Made by a program: the position numbers and the translations under genes. The notes beneath the pieces were generated by a model. That model did not search any database. It was not told the DNA's origin and saw only the letters and a program-made list of their open reading frames with translations. From positions 224,001-288,000 of the forward strand of contig CAVPSJ010000004.1 of NCBI GenBank assembly GCA_963708295.1: 64,000 bases of DNA, given 5' to 3'. The stretch is from an uncultured delta proteobacterium (lineage in GTDB: Bacteria; Desulfobacterota; BSN033; UBA1163). Below are positions 9,157-18,911 of this stretch, one piece after another (position 1 is the stretch's first letter; each line of letters begins with the position of its first letter).

Positions 9157-9597
9157 TCACGACGTTGAATTCGGTCCTTTCGCTAAAACAAGCGTTCCCT
9201 CGGCCACTGTTTCTTCTCGGACTCTGGCCAGAACCTTCACCTTGGCCAGGTTAGAAAATATGCGTAAGACTTCTGCCTCGATGATCAGTTGATCCCCGGG
9301 AATCACTCTTTTTTTCACTCGAAATTCTTCGACGCTCGCCAGGGCCGGTATCCCTTTCTCTCCCTTTTCAAAGGACGACCCAAAGGCCAGTCCTCCGGTC
9401 TGCGCCATTGCTTCCAGAATCAAAACCCCCGGGAGGACGGGTTTCTTCGCAAAATGGCCTGAGAAATACGGCTCATCCATGCTGACATTCTTCAGGGCAA
9501 TCGCCTTTTTTCCTTTTTCGATGTCAAGGATTCGATCGATCATCCGAAAAGGAAAGACGTGGGGCAAGCTTCTTAAGATTTCGTCAAAATCCATCAT
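9157..9597 (-). CDS. fabZ: 3-hydroxyacyl-ACP dehydratase
   Basis: LPHVFPFRMIDR, FSGHF..PVLPGVLILEAMAQ. Confidence 0.92.
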   Translation of the reverse strand: MMDFDEILRSLPHVFPFRMIDRILDIEKGKKAIALKNVSMDEPYFSGHFAKKPVLPGVLILEAMAQTGGLAFGSSFEKGEKGIPALASVEEFRVKKRVIPGDQLIIEAEVLRIFSNLAKVKVLARVREETVAEGTLVLAKGPNSTS

Positions 9598-9707
9598 TCC
9601 AATCCAACGGATCAGGAGTGAACGGGTACTACGGTGCCAATTCAGGGATAATCAACCCCGCCGATAGGCGGCGCTTTTAAAGCCTAAATTCTTAAACCCG
9701 AAAACGG

Positions 9708-9802
9708 GATCCCGAATCAAGTTCGGGATGACAGAGAAACCGGAACCGAACCGCTATGTCATGAACCTTGGACTGATGAAGATCAGGCTTGTTTCAGCAT
9801 CT
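9708..9802. repeat. REP-like palindromic pair
   Basis: ATCCCGAATCAAGTTCGGGAT hairpin plus TGTCATG..CTTGTTTCAGCATCT counterpart. Confidence 0.65.
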
Positions 9803-9857
9803 GGTTTGCCTTTTTTCTGCCTTCTGCAGACGCACCTTTCAACCCCGTCTCTGCCTA

Positions 9858-11292
9858 CTATATTTGCGGGGGAGAGTCGAGATTCGGTTGCTTCCAGGGC
9901 CTTTTCGTTGCATTCTCCCAAACATATCGGAGGATGAGCCGGTAAGCCATTCGTTTGAAGGGATTTGGGTTGAAGAAACCCCCCAGGAGGATCCTCGGCT
10001 GGGTATAATATTTTTTCAGATACGCCTGGTGAAGACGCTGAACCTCCCCTGCGGATAAGAATTGTGTATCCACCACAGGGTGCATGAAATCATATTTACC
10101 TAAATCCCTCTCTCGAATCCTCCCCAGTCGTTCTGCCTCTTCAAAGTATCTTGTTCCGGGAAGGGGAGTCGTCATGGTGAGTACCAAAAAGTCGCTCTGA
10201 GCCTTAACAAATCGGAAGACCTCCTGGATCGACTCCTGGGAGTCATTCCAGTCTCCGAACATGATGTTGGCCATCACCATGATCTTATTTTTTCTGAGAA
10301 TATCGATGGCCTTCTGGGCCATCTCTCTCGATTGTTGTTTTTCATACCGGCTGAGCACATCGGGCTGGATGCTCTCGATTCCCAACATCACTTCATAGAG
10401 CCCCAGGCGCCTCATTTCGGGGATGAGATCTTCATCCCTGATAATATCCTTGGTTCGGGATTGAAACCAGAAGTGGATGCGAAGACCTGACCTCCCCAAC
10501 TCATCAAGAAACTCCTCCACCCGTTTCCGGCTCCAGTTGAAGGTATTCTCGTTGAAAATAAAGAGGGTCTTGCCGTATTGATGGTTCAGAAAGGAAATCT
10601 CCTCCACGATTTTCTTCCCGCTCCGTCCCCTCCAGACCGCCTCCCAGAATCTGGACTCAGAACAGTAAGCGCATCGATCTCCACAGCCGCGGCTGGTCGA
10701 AAGACCAAACGCCCTTCTCCCCATTCCATGCCAGTAGTAGGCTTCTTTCTCCATATCGATGAGATGGTAGGCCGGGAGAGGAAGGGAGTCCAGATTGGGA
10801 ATGAGAGGATGTCTCTCCCTTAGAATGACTTTCCCGTTGTCCGAATAGGCGAGGCTCTTCACCCCTTTCCCTTTTCCGCCTCTGGAGAGGTCATGAAGGA
10901 ATTGAGAGAAGGCGATCTCTCCTTCGCCCAGGATAATATAGTCCAATTCCTTCAGCTCTCTGGAGGATGGTTTCCGCCATCAGGGTGAAGTGGCTTCCCC
11001 CTGCCACGATGATGGCGTTCGGCGAAAGTCTTCGGCTGAGAGTGATCGTCTGAATGGCCTCGGGCGAGAGACAGGTGGCCGAGCAGGTTATGCCAATGAC
11101 ATCGGCCTTGGCCGCTGAAATCGTATTTCCCAGATCTTTCCAAGGGGATGGAAGGACCGTGGCGTCAACGATCTGGACTTCGATGCCTTCTCTTTCCAGA
11201 TAGGCGCCCAATTGGAGAAGACCAAAAGAAGGGGTCCACATTCGAAGACCCGGAAAAAGTTTATGAGGCGGATCGATGAGAAGAACCTTCAT
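9858..11292 (-). CDS. B12-binding radical SAM protein (one frameshift near 10955)
   Basis: B12 domain MKVLLIDPP..GLLQLGAYL..IVAGGSHFT (ORF 10891-11391) continues as DYIILGEGE..SRGCGDRCAYC (ORF 9858-10946); removing one base restores LQELKELDYI. Confidence 0.88.
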
Positions 11293-11347
11293 CCGTTTAC
11301 GTTTTGAAATATGAATTTTGTGGCCGACAAAAACCTTGGCCGTCGAC

Positions 11348-11569
11348 AACTCGAGATCCGAATATCGGGAGAAGCGTCCGTCTCGGACCAATCCGAAACA
11401 AGGATATTAAACCCTAAACTCGAAACCCAAAACCCTAAACAAACTCCAATGTCGAAACCACAAAACTCAAACCCTATAATCTTTTGAGTTTTAGATTTTG
11501 GGTTTGTTTTAGGTTTAGAATTTAGTGTTTAGAGATTAATCCATTTCGGATTTCGTGCTTCGAATTTAA
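11348..11569. repeat. Nested inverted heptamer-array element; shares ends with 30677-30839
   Basis: 11356-11401 matches 30686-30731 at 45/46 nt; 11549-11569 identical to 30819-30839; inner AAACCCT / GTTTAGA arrays. Confidence 0.85.
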
Positions 11570-11626
11570 CGGTCTTCCCCTTCTTAAAAACGTTTCCCCC
11601 CATTGATTAGTTCTATCGGGACGAAA

Positions 11627-12049
11627 CTACACTTCCAAATACCTCTGCATCGCTTCAATTTTTTCGAGCACATCCGGAGGAACCTTGTAAAGTAGATTCC
11701 CCTTAAGATCGGTGAGGACATGCGTGGTGGAGCCCGTGGCCAGAACCTTCTCGTTTTCTTGATCAAGGACCCGATAGCGAAAGATCAATTTGGCCACCTC
11801 TGTTCTCTCCATGGTGGTCTGGATGATGAGGGATCTGCCGAAAGTGGCCGGAAGCTTGAACTGGCAGTTTAAATCCACTACCGGCGCCAGAAGATTCTTA
11901 TCCTTAAGCTGAAGCGGGCCCATCTGGTAGCGTTGGGTCAGGTCATTTCGACCCGCTTCAAACCAGCCCACATAGTGACCATGCCAAACGACCCCGTAAG
12001 CATCGACTTCATAAAATCGAACCTGAAGGGATGTCTCGTGGTATTTCAT
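11627..12049 (-). CDS. Acyl-CoA/ACP thioesterase (4HBT/YbgC hot-dog)
   Basis: VRFYEVDAYGVVWHGHYVGWFEAGR. Confidence 0.92.
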   Translation of the reverse strand: MKYHETSLQVRFYEVDAYGVVWHGHYVGWFEAGRNDLTQRYQMGPLQLKDKNLLAPVVDLNCQFKLPATFGRSLIIQTTMERTEVAKLIFRYRVLDQENEKVLATGSTTHVLTDLKGNLLYKVPPDVLEKIEAMQRYLEV

Positions 12050-12064
12050 CTCACATCCTCTCGT

Positions 12065-12973
12065 CTAGATGCGATCCCCTGCAGAAAACGCCTCTGCCTC
12101 ACGATCAATCCATCGCATCAATTTGGTAAGCGTGGTTTCATGTCCTACTTCGATGAATTGCGTATATCCTTCCTGAAGCAATTTCTCAACACATCGGATC
12201 CAGTACACGGGCCGGCCGATCTCCTGGGAGAGAAAATCTTTAATCTCCTCTCTTCTCAAAGGTTTGATCGTCCAATGATTGAGGATGGGAACCTTCAAGG
12301 GTTGAACCTTAATCTCTTGAAGGATCGTCATGATCTCTTCTCTTAAACAATAAAGTGAAGGGGAATGAAGAGCCGTATTGAAAGCAAGGCGGGTGGCAGA
12401 GACGGCCTTCCTGGAGAGGGCAAGGGAAATCGCCTTTTCCACCCCCCTCTCCTCCCCTGAAAGGACAAAATGCATCGAGCCGTTATAATTGGCAATGGAG
12501 AGTTGAAACCCGTTGAGGTCTTGACAGATCTTTTGGATTTCCTCCAACGGGAGACCGATGATGCTGGCCATGCCTCCTTTGTGAATCTCTCCTTCTCTCT
12601 TCAGGAGACGACCGATCGCTTCGGTGATGAAAAGACCTTCTTCAAAACCGATGGCCTCCGAGGCCGCTAGGGCTGAATAGATCCCCATACTATGTTCGGC
12701 AAAGATATCCGGATTCCATCCGGCGGCTCGAAGACGATAGAAGTGAACCATCGAAAGGAAGTAGGTCGACATCTGAAGCTTAAGACTAAAATCTTCCTCT
12801 TCTTCCTCGCCCCCGAATAAGAAGTTGAGGAGGTCGAATTTCGTCTGGTGGGAAGCCCTTGTTGATAATTCCTTAAAGTGCGGATCCTCCCTGAGGGGAT
12901 GATCCTTCAGCATCGGCTTTTCATGAAGTTGGCCGGGAAAGCAGAAGGCTGTCTTTCCTTTTGACGCCTTCAT
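12065..12973 (-). CDS. fabD: ACP S-malonyltransferase-like acyltransferase
   Basis: AFCFPGQ, AEHSMG (GHSxG variant), IANYNG, TALHSP, FIEVG. Confidence 0.85.
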   Translation of the reverse strand: MKASKGKTAFCFPGQLHEKPMLKDHPLREDPHFKELSTRASHQTKFDLLNFLFGGEEEEEDFSLKLQMSTYFLSMVHFYRLRAAGWNPDIFAEHSMGIYSALAASEAIGFEEGLFITEAIGRLLKREGEIHKGGMASIIGLPLEEIQKICQDLNGFQLSIANYNGSMHFVLSGEERGVEKAISLALSRKAVSATRLAFNTALHSPSLYCLREEIMTILQEIKVQPLKVPILNHWTIKPLRREEIKDFLSQEIGRPVYWIRCVEKLLQEGYTQFIEVGHETTLTKLMRWIDREAEAFSAGDRI

Positions 12974-13242
12974 GCGGTCCCCTGATTTTCTAAAACATAC
13001 TGGGCCATGGTTCTCACGGATTGAAAGACTTTTTTCCCCACCTCCGCATCGGGGATGACGACTCCAAACTCCTTCTCCAGGCCCAGAACGAGTTCGAGGG
13101 CATCGATCGAGTCCAATCCAAGGCCCTCGCCGAAGAGAGGGGCATCGTTCTCGATCATCTCCGGCGTCATGTCCACGAGTTTCAATCTCTGGATAATCAG
13201 TTGTTTGATTTTTTCGATCAGGTGATCATTCGGTTCAACCAT
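12970..13242 (-). CDS. Acyl carrier protein
   Basis: GLGLDSIDALEL phosphopantetheine motif. Confidence 0.95.
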   Translation of the reverse strand: MVEPNDHLIEKIKQLIIQRLKLVDMTPEMIENDAPLFGEGLGLDSIDALELVLGLEKEFGVVIPDAEVGKKVFQSVRTMAQYVLENQGTA

Positions 13243-13339
13243 TCTTCTCCTCTTCTGTTCAATGAGTACTTTGAAGTTCGTATTTCGGCTTTCGGAGCCT
13301 GAGAATCACTAGGCCAACTTGACTCCCTCGGAACTGTTT

Positions 13340-14251
13340 TCACTCGTTCCAGTAAGAATAAAAATTATACCATTGATCCGGATATTTTTCGATATACTCC
13401 TCAAATTTCTTGATCAGTTTTTCCATCCCTTCTTGAATCACTGTCTCCCGATCTTTCCTCGAAGAGGGATTAAAATAGATAGGGGGTTCAATGATTCCTC
13501 TATACTTTCGGTTGCTTTCCATCACCACAAAGACCGGCAGAACCGGTGCACCTGTGGCCATGGCGAGGATGGCGACACCGACGGGAAATGCGGTCTTTCT
13601 CCCAAAGAAATCGAAGATCATGGTCTTTTGAGACTCAATGCGGTCTCCTAACATCGCCACGATTTCATTTCGCCGAAGAGCCTTGACGGCATCCAAGATG
13701 GCCATGGGAGAGTCGTCCTTCGGATTGATATAGAGAATCTTTATTCCCCTTCTTCTTCTCATCTCCTCCCGAAAAGATCGGGTATCCAGATCTCTCTCGT
13801 CAAGGGTGAGGACATTGAGACTTCCTCCTCTGAAGGAAAAGAGCAATCCTCCGATTTCCCAATTTCCAAGATGGGGCGTGATACAGATGGCCCCTTTTCC
13901 GGCTTCAAGGGCTTCCATCATGTAACCCGCTCCCACCTCTTCTTCAACCCATTGGTTCTTATTGGATGGGAGGAGGCGATGCATGACCATATAATCCAAA
14001 AGGTACTGACCATAGTTTTGGAAAGTCTTTCTGGTTAAGACATCCACTTTCCCCTTTGACCACCTTCCTTTGTTCAATCCTTCAATATTCTTTCGGACAT
14101 GGGCTCTTGTCTTTCTCATCAGCAGGTAAAAGAGATCTCCAATGATCACGGTAAAGAATTTTTGGATCGACCGGGGGATGAGGGTTGAGCAAAACTGAAA
14201 GAAAAAGAGGTAAATGAACCGATTCAGAGATCGGGGGTGACGTTCTTCCAT
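13340..14251 (-). CDS. Lysophospholipid / LpxL-family acyltransferase
   Basis: ITPHLGNWEIG, MLGDR, FFGR, YPDQWYNF. Confidence 0.92.
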   Translation of the reverse strand: MEERHPRSLNRFIYLFFFQFCSTLIPRSIQKFFTVIIGDLFYLLMRKTRAHVRKNIEGLNKGRWSKGKVDVLTRKTFQNYGQYLLDYMVMHRLLPSNKNQWVEEEVGAGYMMEALEAGKGAICITPHLGNWEIGGLLFSFRGGSLNVLTLDERDLDTRSFREEMRRRRGIKILYINPKDDSPMAILDAVKALRRNEIVAMLGDRIESQKTMIFDFFGRKTAFPVGVAILAMATGAPVLPVFVVMESNRKYRGIIEPPIYFNPSSRKDRETVIQEGMEKLIKKFEEYIEKYPDQWYNFYSYWNE

Positions 14252-14252
14252 A

Positions 14253-15624
14253 TTAACCCCCGAAGTAGTCTCTCAGGAAGCCGAGAAGCGTCCGGAAACC
14301 CAAACGATGTTTCTTGACGTGATGCCAGATGTCGTGAATCCCTTTTTTCGACCGGGTATAATAGAGGAGGTGCGCCTTGAGCAGAAGCCACTCCATTCGA
14401 ATGAATGAAAGATGGTCGTGTTTAAACACCAAGTGCTGCATATCGAAAAAGGACCAGGGCGACCTCCATTTAAAAATCCGACCCTTCACCTGCTCGTAGA
14501 TGGCCGTGCCCGGGTAAGGGGTGAGGATGGCGAACTGGGCCACGTTCGTATCGAGCTTTTTTGCAAAACGGATGGTGTCATGAATCGTCTTGACGGTATC
14601 GTGGAGCCCTCCCAGGATATACGAGGCGTGGATCTCCAGACCATTCCGTTTCAGCATCTCTACCGTCTGAACGGTTTCCTCCACATGGAACCCCTTCCTC
14701 AACTCCTCGAGGGTTCTCGGGCTGGAGGATTCCACTCCGATAAAGACCGATTTCGCTCCCGCCCTGACCATTTCTTTAACCATTTCTTCGTTTCGAAGCA
14801 GGAGGTCGATCCTGGATAAGCACCACCACCAGAGGTCGAGTTTCTTTTCAACGATCCCATGGCAAATTTCAATCACCCTCCTCGAATTGAGGTTAAAGGT
14901 GTCATCCACAAAGGCCACGGCATTAAAATGATACCGGTGATGAATCTCTTCGATTTCTTTCAAGACAGAAGCCACGCTCCTCATCCTGATTCTTGTCCCC
15001 CAGAAGTGGGAAGAAGCGCAGAAGGCACATTGATAGGGGCATCCACGGCTCGTGATCAAAGGAGTGATGTCACGGTCTCCGATTCTTGGTCCTTTGATAA
15101 TCATCGATAGGGATCAGATGCCTGGCGGGGAGGGGAAGACTGTCGAGATCCTCAATGAAAGGCCGCGGAGGAGTTCGCACCAGTTGACCCTTGGATAAGA
15201 AACTGATCCCCTGGATGGAATCGAATGTGCGATCATCTTTTTGTAAAGCGCCCGCCAATTCTGAAAAGGTAACCTCTCCTTCTCCCCGGACAATGAAATC
15301 AACTCTTTTGGTCGAAAGGATTTCTTCATCCACATAGCCAGGATGGGGCCCGCCCATCACCACCGTGCACCCATTCGCCTTCGCTCTCTTTGCTAATCGA
15401 AGGGCTTGACGGTGACGGGTCGTATCTGTGGAGATGCCGACGATATCATATTTCTTAAAATCGATTTCCTCCTTCTTCCGTCGAACAGCCAGGTCCCTGA
15501 CCACAACTTGATGGCCTCCCTTCTCGGCATACGCAGCAACATAGAGAAGGCCGAGAGGTGGAAAGAGAACTCCTGTTGCTTTCAGGGTCCCCGTAGGCGC
15601 AGGATTGATTAAAAGGATGTTCAT
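14253..15624 (-). CDS. B12-binding radical SAM protein (one frameshift near 15085)
   Basis: MNILLINP..PPLGLLYVAA..VMGGPHP..GEGE (ORF 15070-15636) continues as ITSRGCPYQCAFC (ORF 14253-15104). Confidence 0.88.
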
Positions 15625-15630
15625 GAATTT

Positions 15631-15745
15631 AGTCAAAAGTCCCGTAGTCTTGTAGCCTTGTAGTTTTCTTGACCAGACGACTAAGTGACTGCCTAACTAT
15701 TCGACCTTTTCTTCGCTATGCTCTATGCGCCATGCACTATGCCAT
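15631..15745. repeat. Inverted 8-mer array (AGTC/GACT family) plus CTATGCG heptamers
   Basis: agtcccgt-agtcttgt-agccttgt / gaccagac-gactaagt-gactgcct; same family as arrays flanking 31767-32060. Confidence 0.75.
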
Positions 15746-16694
15746 TTATTGTTTGGCGGTAGCGTTCGCAGAGATCCCCCCAGCAGGCGACCACTTGATG
15801 GTCCACCAGAAGCTGGATCACCTCACACTGGTTTCCGCACTCGCTGCAATCAAACCCTTTGGTCGAACAGGACTTCCGGAGTAGATCAAACCCTCTAAAC
15901 TGGGTCTTGGAGATTTTGGCCTTCTTTACCAATTTTGCAGCCCCGATGGCGCCCATCACATCAAAATGTTCCGGAATGACCAGGGACACTTCCAATTCCC
16001 TTTCGAGGGCTCTTTGAATGCCCCGGTTCGCCGCGACGCCCCCCTGGAAAACGATGGGAGAAAGGATTTCTTTCCCCCGGCAGACATTATTCAAATAATT
16101 CTTCACCAGGGAGTCACAGAGGCCCGCCACAATATCCTCAACGGAGTGTCCAATCTGTTGCTTATGGATCATATCCGTCTCGGCAAAGACCGTGCATCGG
16201 CCTGCGATCCGGACCGGGTGATCGGCCTTGAGCGCAAGATCCCCGAACGCCTCGATGGAGATCCCGAGCCTGGCCGCTTGCTGATCCAAGAAAGATCCTG
16301 TGCCTGCGGCACAGACCGTGTTCATGGCAAAGTCGACGACGACGCCATTTCTCAGGACGATGACCTTGGAATCCTGGCCACCGATCTCGATGATGGTCTT
16401 CGCCTCGGGCAAAAAATCGATCACGGAGATGGCGTGGGCAGTAATCTCATTTTTGATAAGATCGGCGCCTACCAGATATGCAGCCAGATGCCTGGCACTG
16501 CCGGTCGTGGCCACTCCATTGATCGCAATGGTTTCCCCCAGCTGAGTCAGGATCTCCTTGATCCCTTGCTGGATGGCTTCAATAGGCCGGCCAATGTTCC
16601 GGATATAGGACTTGGCTAAGACTTGATCGCTTTCGCTCAACACCACCAGCTTGGTGGTGATGGAACCGACATCAATGCCTAAGTAATGACCCAT
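15723..16694 (-). CDS. Acyl-CoA dehydratase activase (BadF/BadG/BcrA/BcrD ATPase) with C-terminal Cys motif
   Basis: LGIDVGSITTK, IEIGGQDSK, MNTVCAAGTGSFLDQQA, RCTVFAE, FQGGVAAN; FDCSECGNQC..CWGDLC. Confidence 0.92.
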   Translation of the reverse strand: MGHYLGIDVGSITTKLVVLSESDQVLAKSYIRNIGRPIEAIQQGIKEILTQLGETIAINGVATTGSARHLAAYLVGADLIKNEITAHAISVIDFLPEAKTIIEIGGQDSKVIVLRNGVVVDFAMNTVCAAGTGSFLDQQAARLGISIEAFGDLALKADHPVRIAGRCTVFAETDMIHKQQIGHSVEDIVAGLCDSLVKNYLNNVCRGKEILSPIVFQGGVAANRGIQRALERELEVSLVIPEHFDVMGAIGAAKLVKKAKISKTQFRGFDLLRKSCSTKGFDCSECGNQCEVIQLLVDHQVVACWGDLCERYRQTINGIVHGA

Positions 16695-16729
16695 TCTTTA
16701 AATCTCACAAAGTAAAACAGGGAATAACG

Positions 16730-16786
16730 TCTCAGGTTCAGGCTAAGGCTGAGGTTAAGAAGTGCTAAACCTTAACCTCAACCTAA
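16730..16786. repeat. Inverted hexamer array
   Basis: caggtt-caggct-aaggct-gaggtt / aacctt-aacctc-aaccta. Confidence 0.75.
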
Positions 16787-17832
16787 GTATTTTCTGTTTT
16801 TCTCTGTTCCACCACGTCCCGAAAGGCTTCCAGCCGGGTGGTCAACCCTTCCCTTCCCGTATGTTCATCAAAGGAGAGGATGAGAAAGGGGATGGAAGAC
16901 CCTCCCCGGACTTTCAACCTCCTTTTGATGAATTCTTGTAGGAGAGCGTCAATCCCGCATTTAAACGAGGTGAGGAAGACCACCCCATCCACGCCACCGG
17001 ATAGAAAGTGGAAAAGGGATCCTACAATTTCTCTTCCCGAGGACCAGTAAATCTCTTTGGAAAGGCCAGAGACCTCTCGATCGATCTCCTTTTCAGAAAG
17101 GAGATCAGAGGTCATGATCTCCATCTCCAAACTTTTCGCCAGGGCGAGAAGGTCCTTGTTGATATCGATGTCGAAGAGATTGTACGGATGGCCGATGAAA
17201 GCGATGCGCAAGGAACCTCCAATTCCTTTTTCTCCTCTTTTTGCTGCTTCTCCCTCCCCTTCATCCCCTCCCACCCAGGGAGGGGAAATTTTGGATGGAG
17301 GCGGAGTGGGAACATTCATCTCAAAGAGTTGCCCTGTCGGAAGTCGGTTGATTCGATTCCCCCAGTCCTTTTGAAATTCGGAGAAAGACTCCTCGGCCTC
17401 TCGAAAGGCCCTCCTGCTTTCTTGTCTCGAGGCGCCCAGCTTTTCGGCGATGTTCACAAAAGACTGAAGCAGGGGAATGCCCCCTTTTCGAGGATCGACG
17501 GTCTCGTCGATAATGGAAACTTTTCCTTCCGTGGCAAGCCGCACAATGTCCGGAGCCGCACGAAACTTGGGACACATGATGTAAGTTCGATGAATACTGA
17601 CCAACCGAGGGATGAAAAGATGGTCTACTTTGTCCTTCAATTGAACGGCATGTGTGACCAGAAGTTTCATCGGAAGGCAACTGTCTTCGAAATAGATGAT
17701 CTTCTCCTTTTGTCCCACCCCGCTGGAAACCATCACCTTCCAACCTAGCCTTTCAAAGAAGGAGCGCCAGAGAGGAAAAAAACGGTAAAACATCAGCGCT
17801 CTGGGAATGCCTATGCGGCCCTTCTCTTCCAT
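16783..17832 (-). CDS. DUF2229 acyl-CoA dehydratase activase-related protein
   Basis: IGIPRAL, SCLPMK, FIPR..CPKF..PD, GHPYN, SFKCGID, DEHTGREGLTTRLEAF. Confidence 0.88.
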   Translation of the reverse strand: MEEKGRIGIPRALMFYRFFPLWRSFFERLGWKVMVSSGVGQKEKIIYFEDSCLPMKLLVTHAVQLKDKVDHLFIPRLVSIHRTYIMCPKFRAAPDIVRLATEGKVSIIDETVDPRKGGIPLLQSFVNIAEKLGASRQESRRAFREAEESFSEFQKDWGNRINRLPTGQLFEMNVPTPPPSKISPPWVGGDEGEGEAAKRGEKGIGGSLRIAFIGHPYNLFDIDINKDLLALAKSLEMEIMTSDLLSEKEIDREVSGLSKEIYWSSGREIVGSLFHFLSGGVDGVVFLTSFKCGIDALLQEFIKRRLKVRGGSSIPFLILSFDEHTGREGLTTRLEAFRDVVEQRKTENT

Positions 17833-18911
17833 TCCAACATCTCCACAAAGGCCTCAAGAAGTGTCTGGATGCGGCCTTCGATTTCCTGCTCATCTAAAAT
17901 GATCGTCAGGATGGGAATGTCCCGGTCCTTTCCCACCTTCGTCAAAATTCCAGAGGCGGTGGTCTCCGGCATGCAGGCGAAAGGCATGAGATGGACGATC
18001 CCATCGTATCCTTCTTCCGATCTCAAGATGGCCTCACCGATGGAGATATTACATTCTGCCCCCACGTCGTAACCCAGATAAGCCTTTGACGCTTCAAAGA
18101 AACGAATTCGTTCCGAAGCCCGATCCGCCTTATTCTTCCGAAGACTCCTCAGGATATGAGTGGAGAACCAGGAGGTCCGCGTCACTTCCACGCCCAATTC
18201 TCCCAGTTTCTGTTCCACTCCTCGATTGATATGGGGGTCCATCACGGTATAGAGTTCGCCCACAACGGCGACTTTAAACGGGCTGCGGGAAGGATCTCGT
18301 TCCATATCCTGAAGAAGGGTTTTTCCTTCTTGAGTGGCTCCTTGCAGGGCGCTCGTCGTTTTAGCCTCATCCACCCACGAGAGGGCCTTCTTCAATCGCT
18401 TCTGAGTCTCTCCTTTCTTGATCTCCATGGGTCTGACCTTCATGGCCAATTGTTCTAATGCCTCGCAGGCCATCATCTTCTTCCACCCTATCCAGAGCCC
18501 GTAAGGGAAGAGGAGAACATTCTTCGCACTCAACTCTTTTCTCAGCTCTTTCGTCTCCTCGTGATTCTTCCACATCGCCTTCCAGCCGAGTCGAGGCGGG
18601 ATGGTCAGCCATCGATAATGAAGACCCATATCTTCAAGGATCACTTTCTGAACAAGGTCATAGAGTCCCAGGCGGCAAGGAGGGCCGCTGCCGACCATCA
18701 CAATGGTATCCGCTCCCCTCTGAAGGGCTTCGATAAAATTCCCCAGGATGATTTTGAAAGGAAGACAGATAGACTCATTTGAGTGGAGGGCACCGAGGGT
18801 CAGGGTTTTTCGGCTGGTTTCAGGAGGAAGGATATAGGGAATACCGGCGGTCTCTGCGATGGCCTTGCAGAAGATGTGCATCGAGCCCAAACGGGGAAAG
18901 GTTACCTTCAT
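17811..18911 (-). CDS. 2-hydroxyacyl-CoA dehydratase / activase-partner (PlsR-like) protein
   Basis: MKVTFP, ESICLPFKIILGNFIEAL, GPCRLGLY, VVGELY, HLMPFACMPE, DEQ. Confidence 0.85.
   Translation of the reverse strand: MKVTFPRLGSMHIFCKAIAETAGIPYILPPETSRKTLTLGALHSNESICLPFKIILGNFIEALQRGADTIVMVGSGPPCRLGLYDLVQKVILEDMGLHYRWLTIPPRLGWKAMWKNHEETKELRKELSAKNVLLFPYGLWIGWKKMMACEALEQLAMKVRPMEIKKGETQKRLKKALSWVDEAKTTSALQGATQEGKTLLQDMERDPSRSPFKVAVVGELYTVMDPHINRGVEQKLGELGVEVTRTSWFSTHILRSLRKNKADRASERIRFFEASKAYLGYDVGAECNISIGEAILRSEEGYDGIVHLMPFACMPETTASGILTKVGKDRDIPILTIILDEQEIEGRIQTLLEAFVEMLEWKRRAA

Noticed and set aside
11348-11569. CRISPR array (also 32062-32205)
   Set aside because: 6-8 nt degenerate periods in inverted arrangement, no repeat-spacer pattern, no cas genes
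9858-15624. Programmed frameshifting or phase variation in rSAM genes
   Set aside because: No slippery heptamer or long repeat tract at the breaks; similar indels occur in unrelated genes
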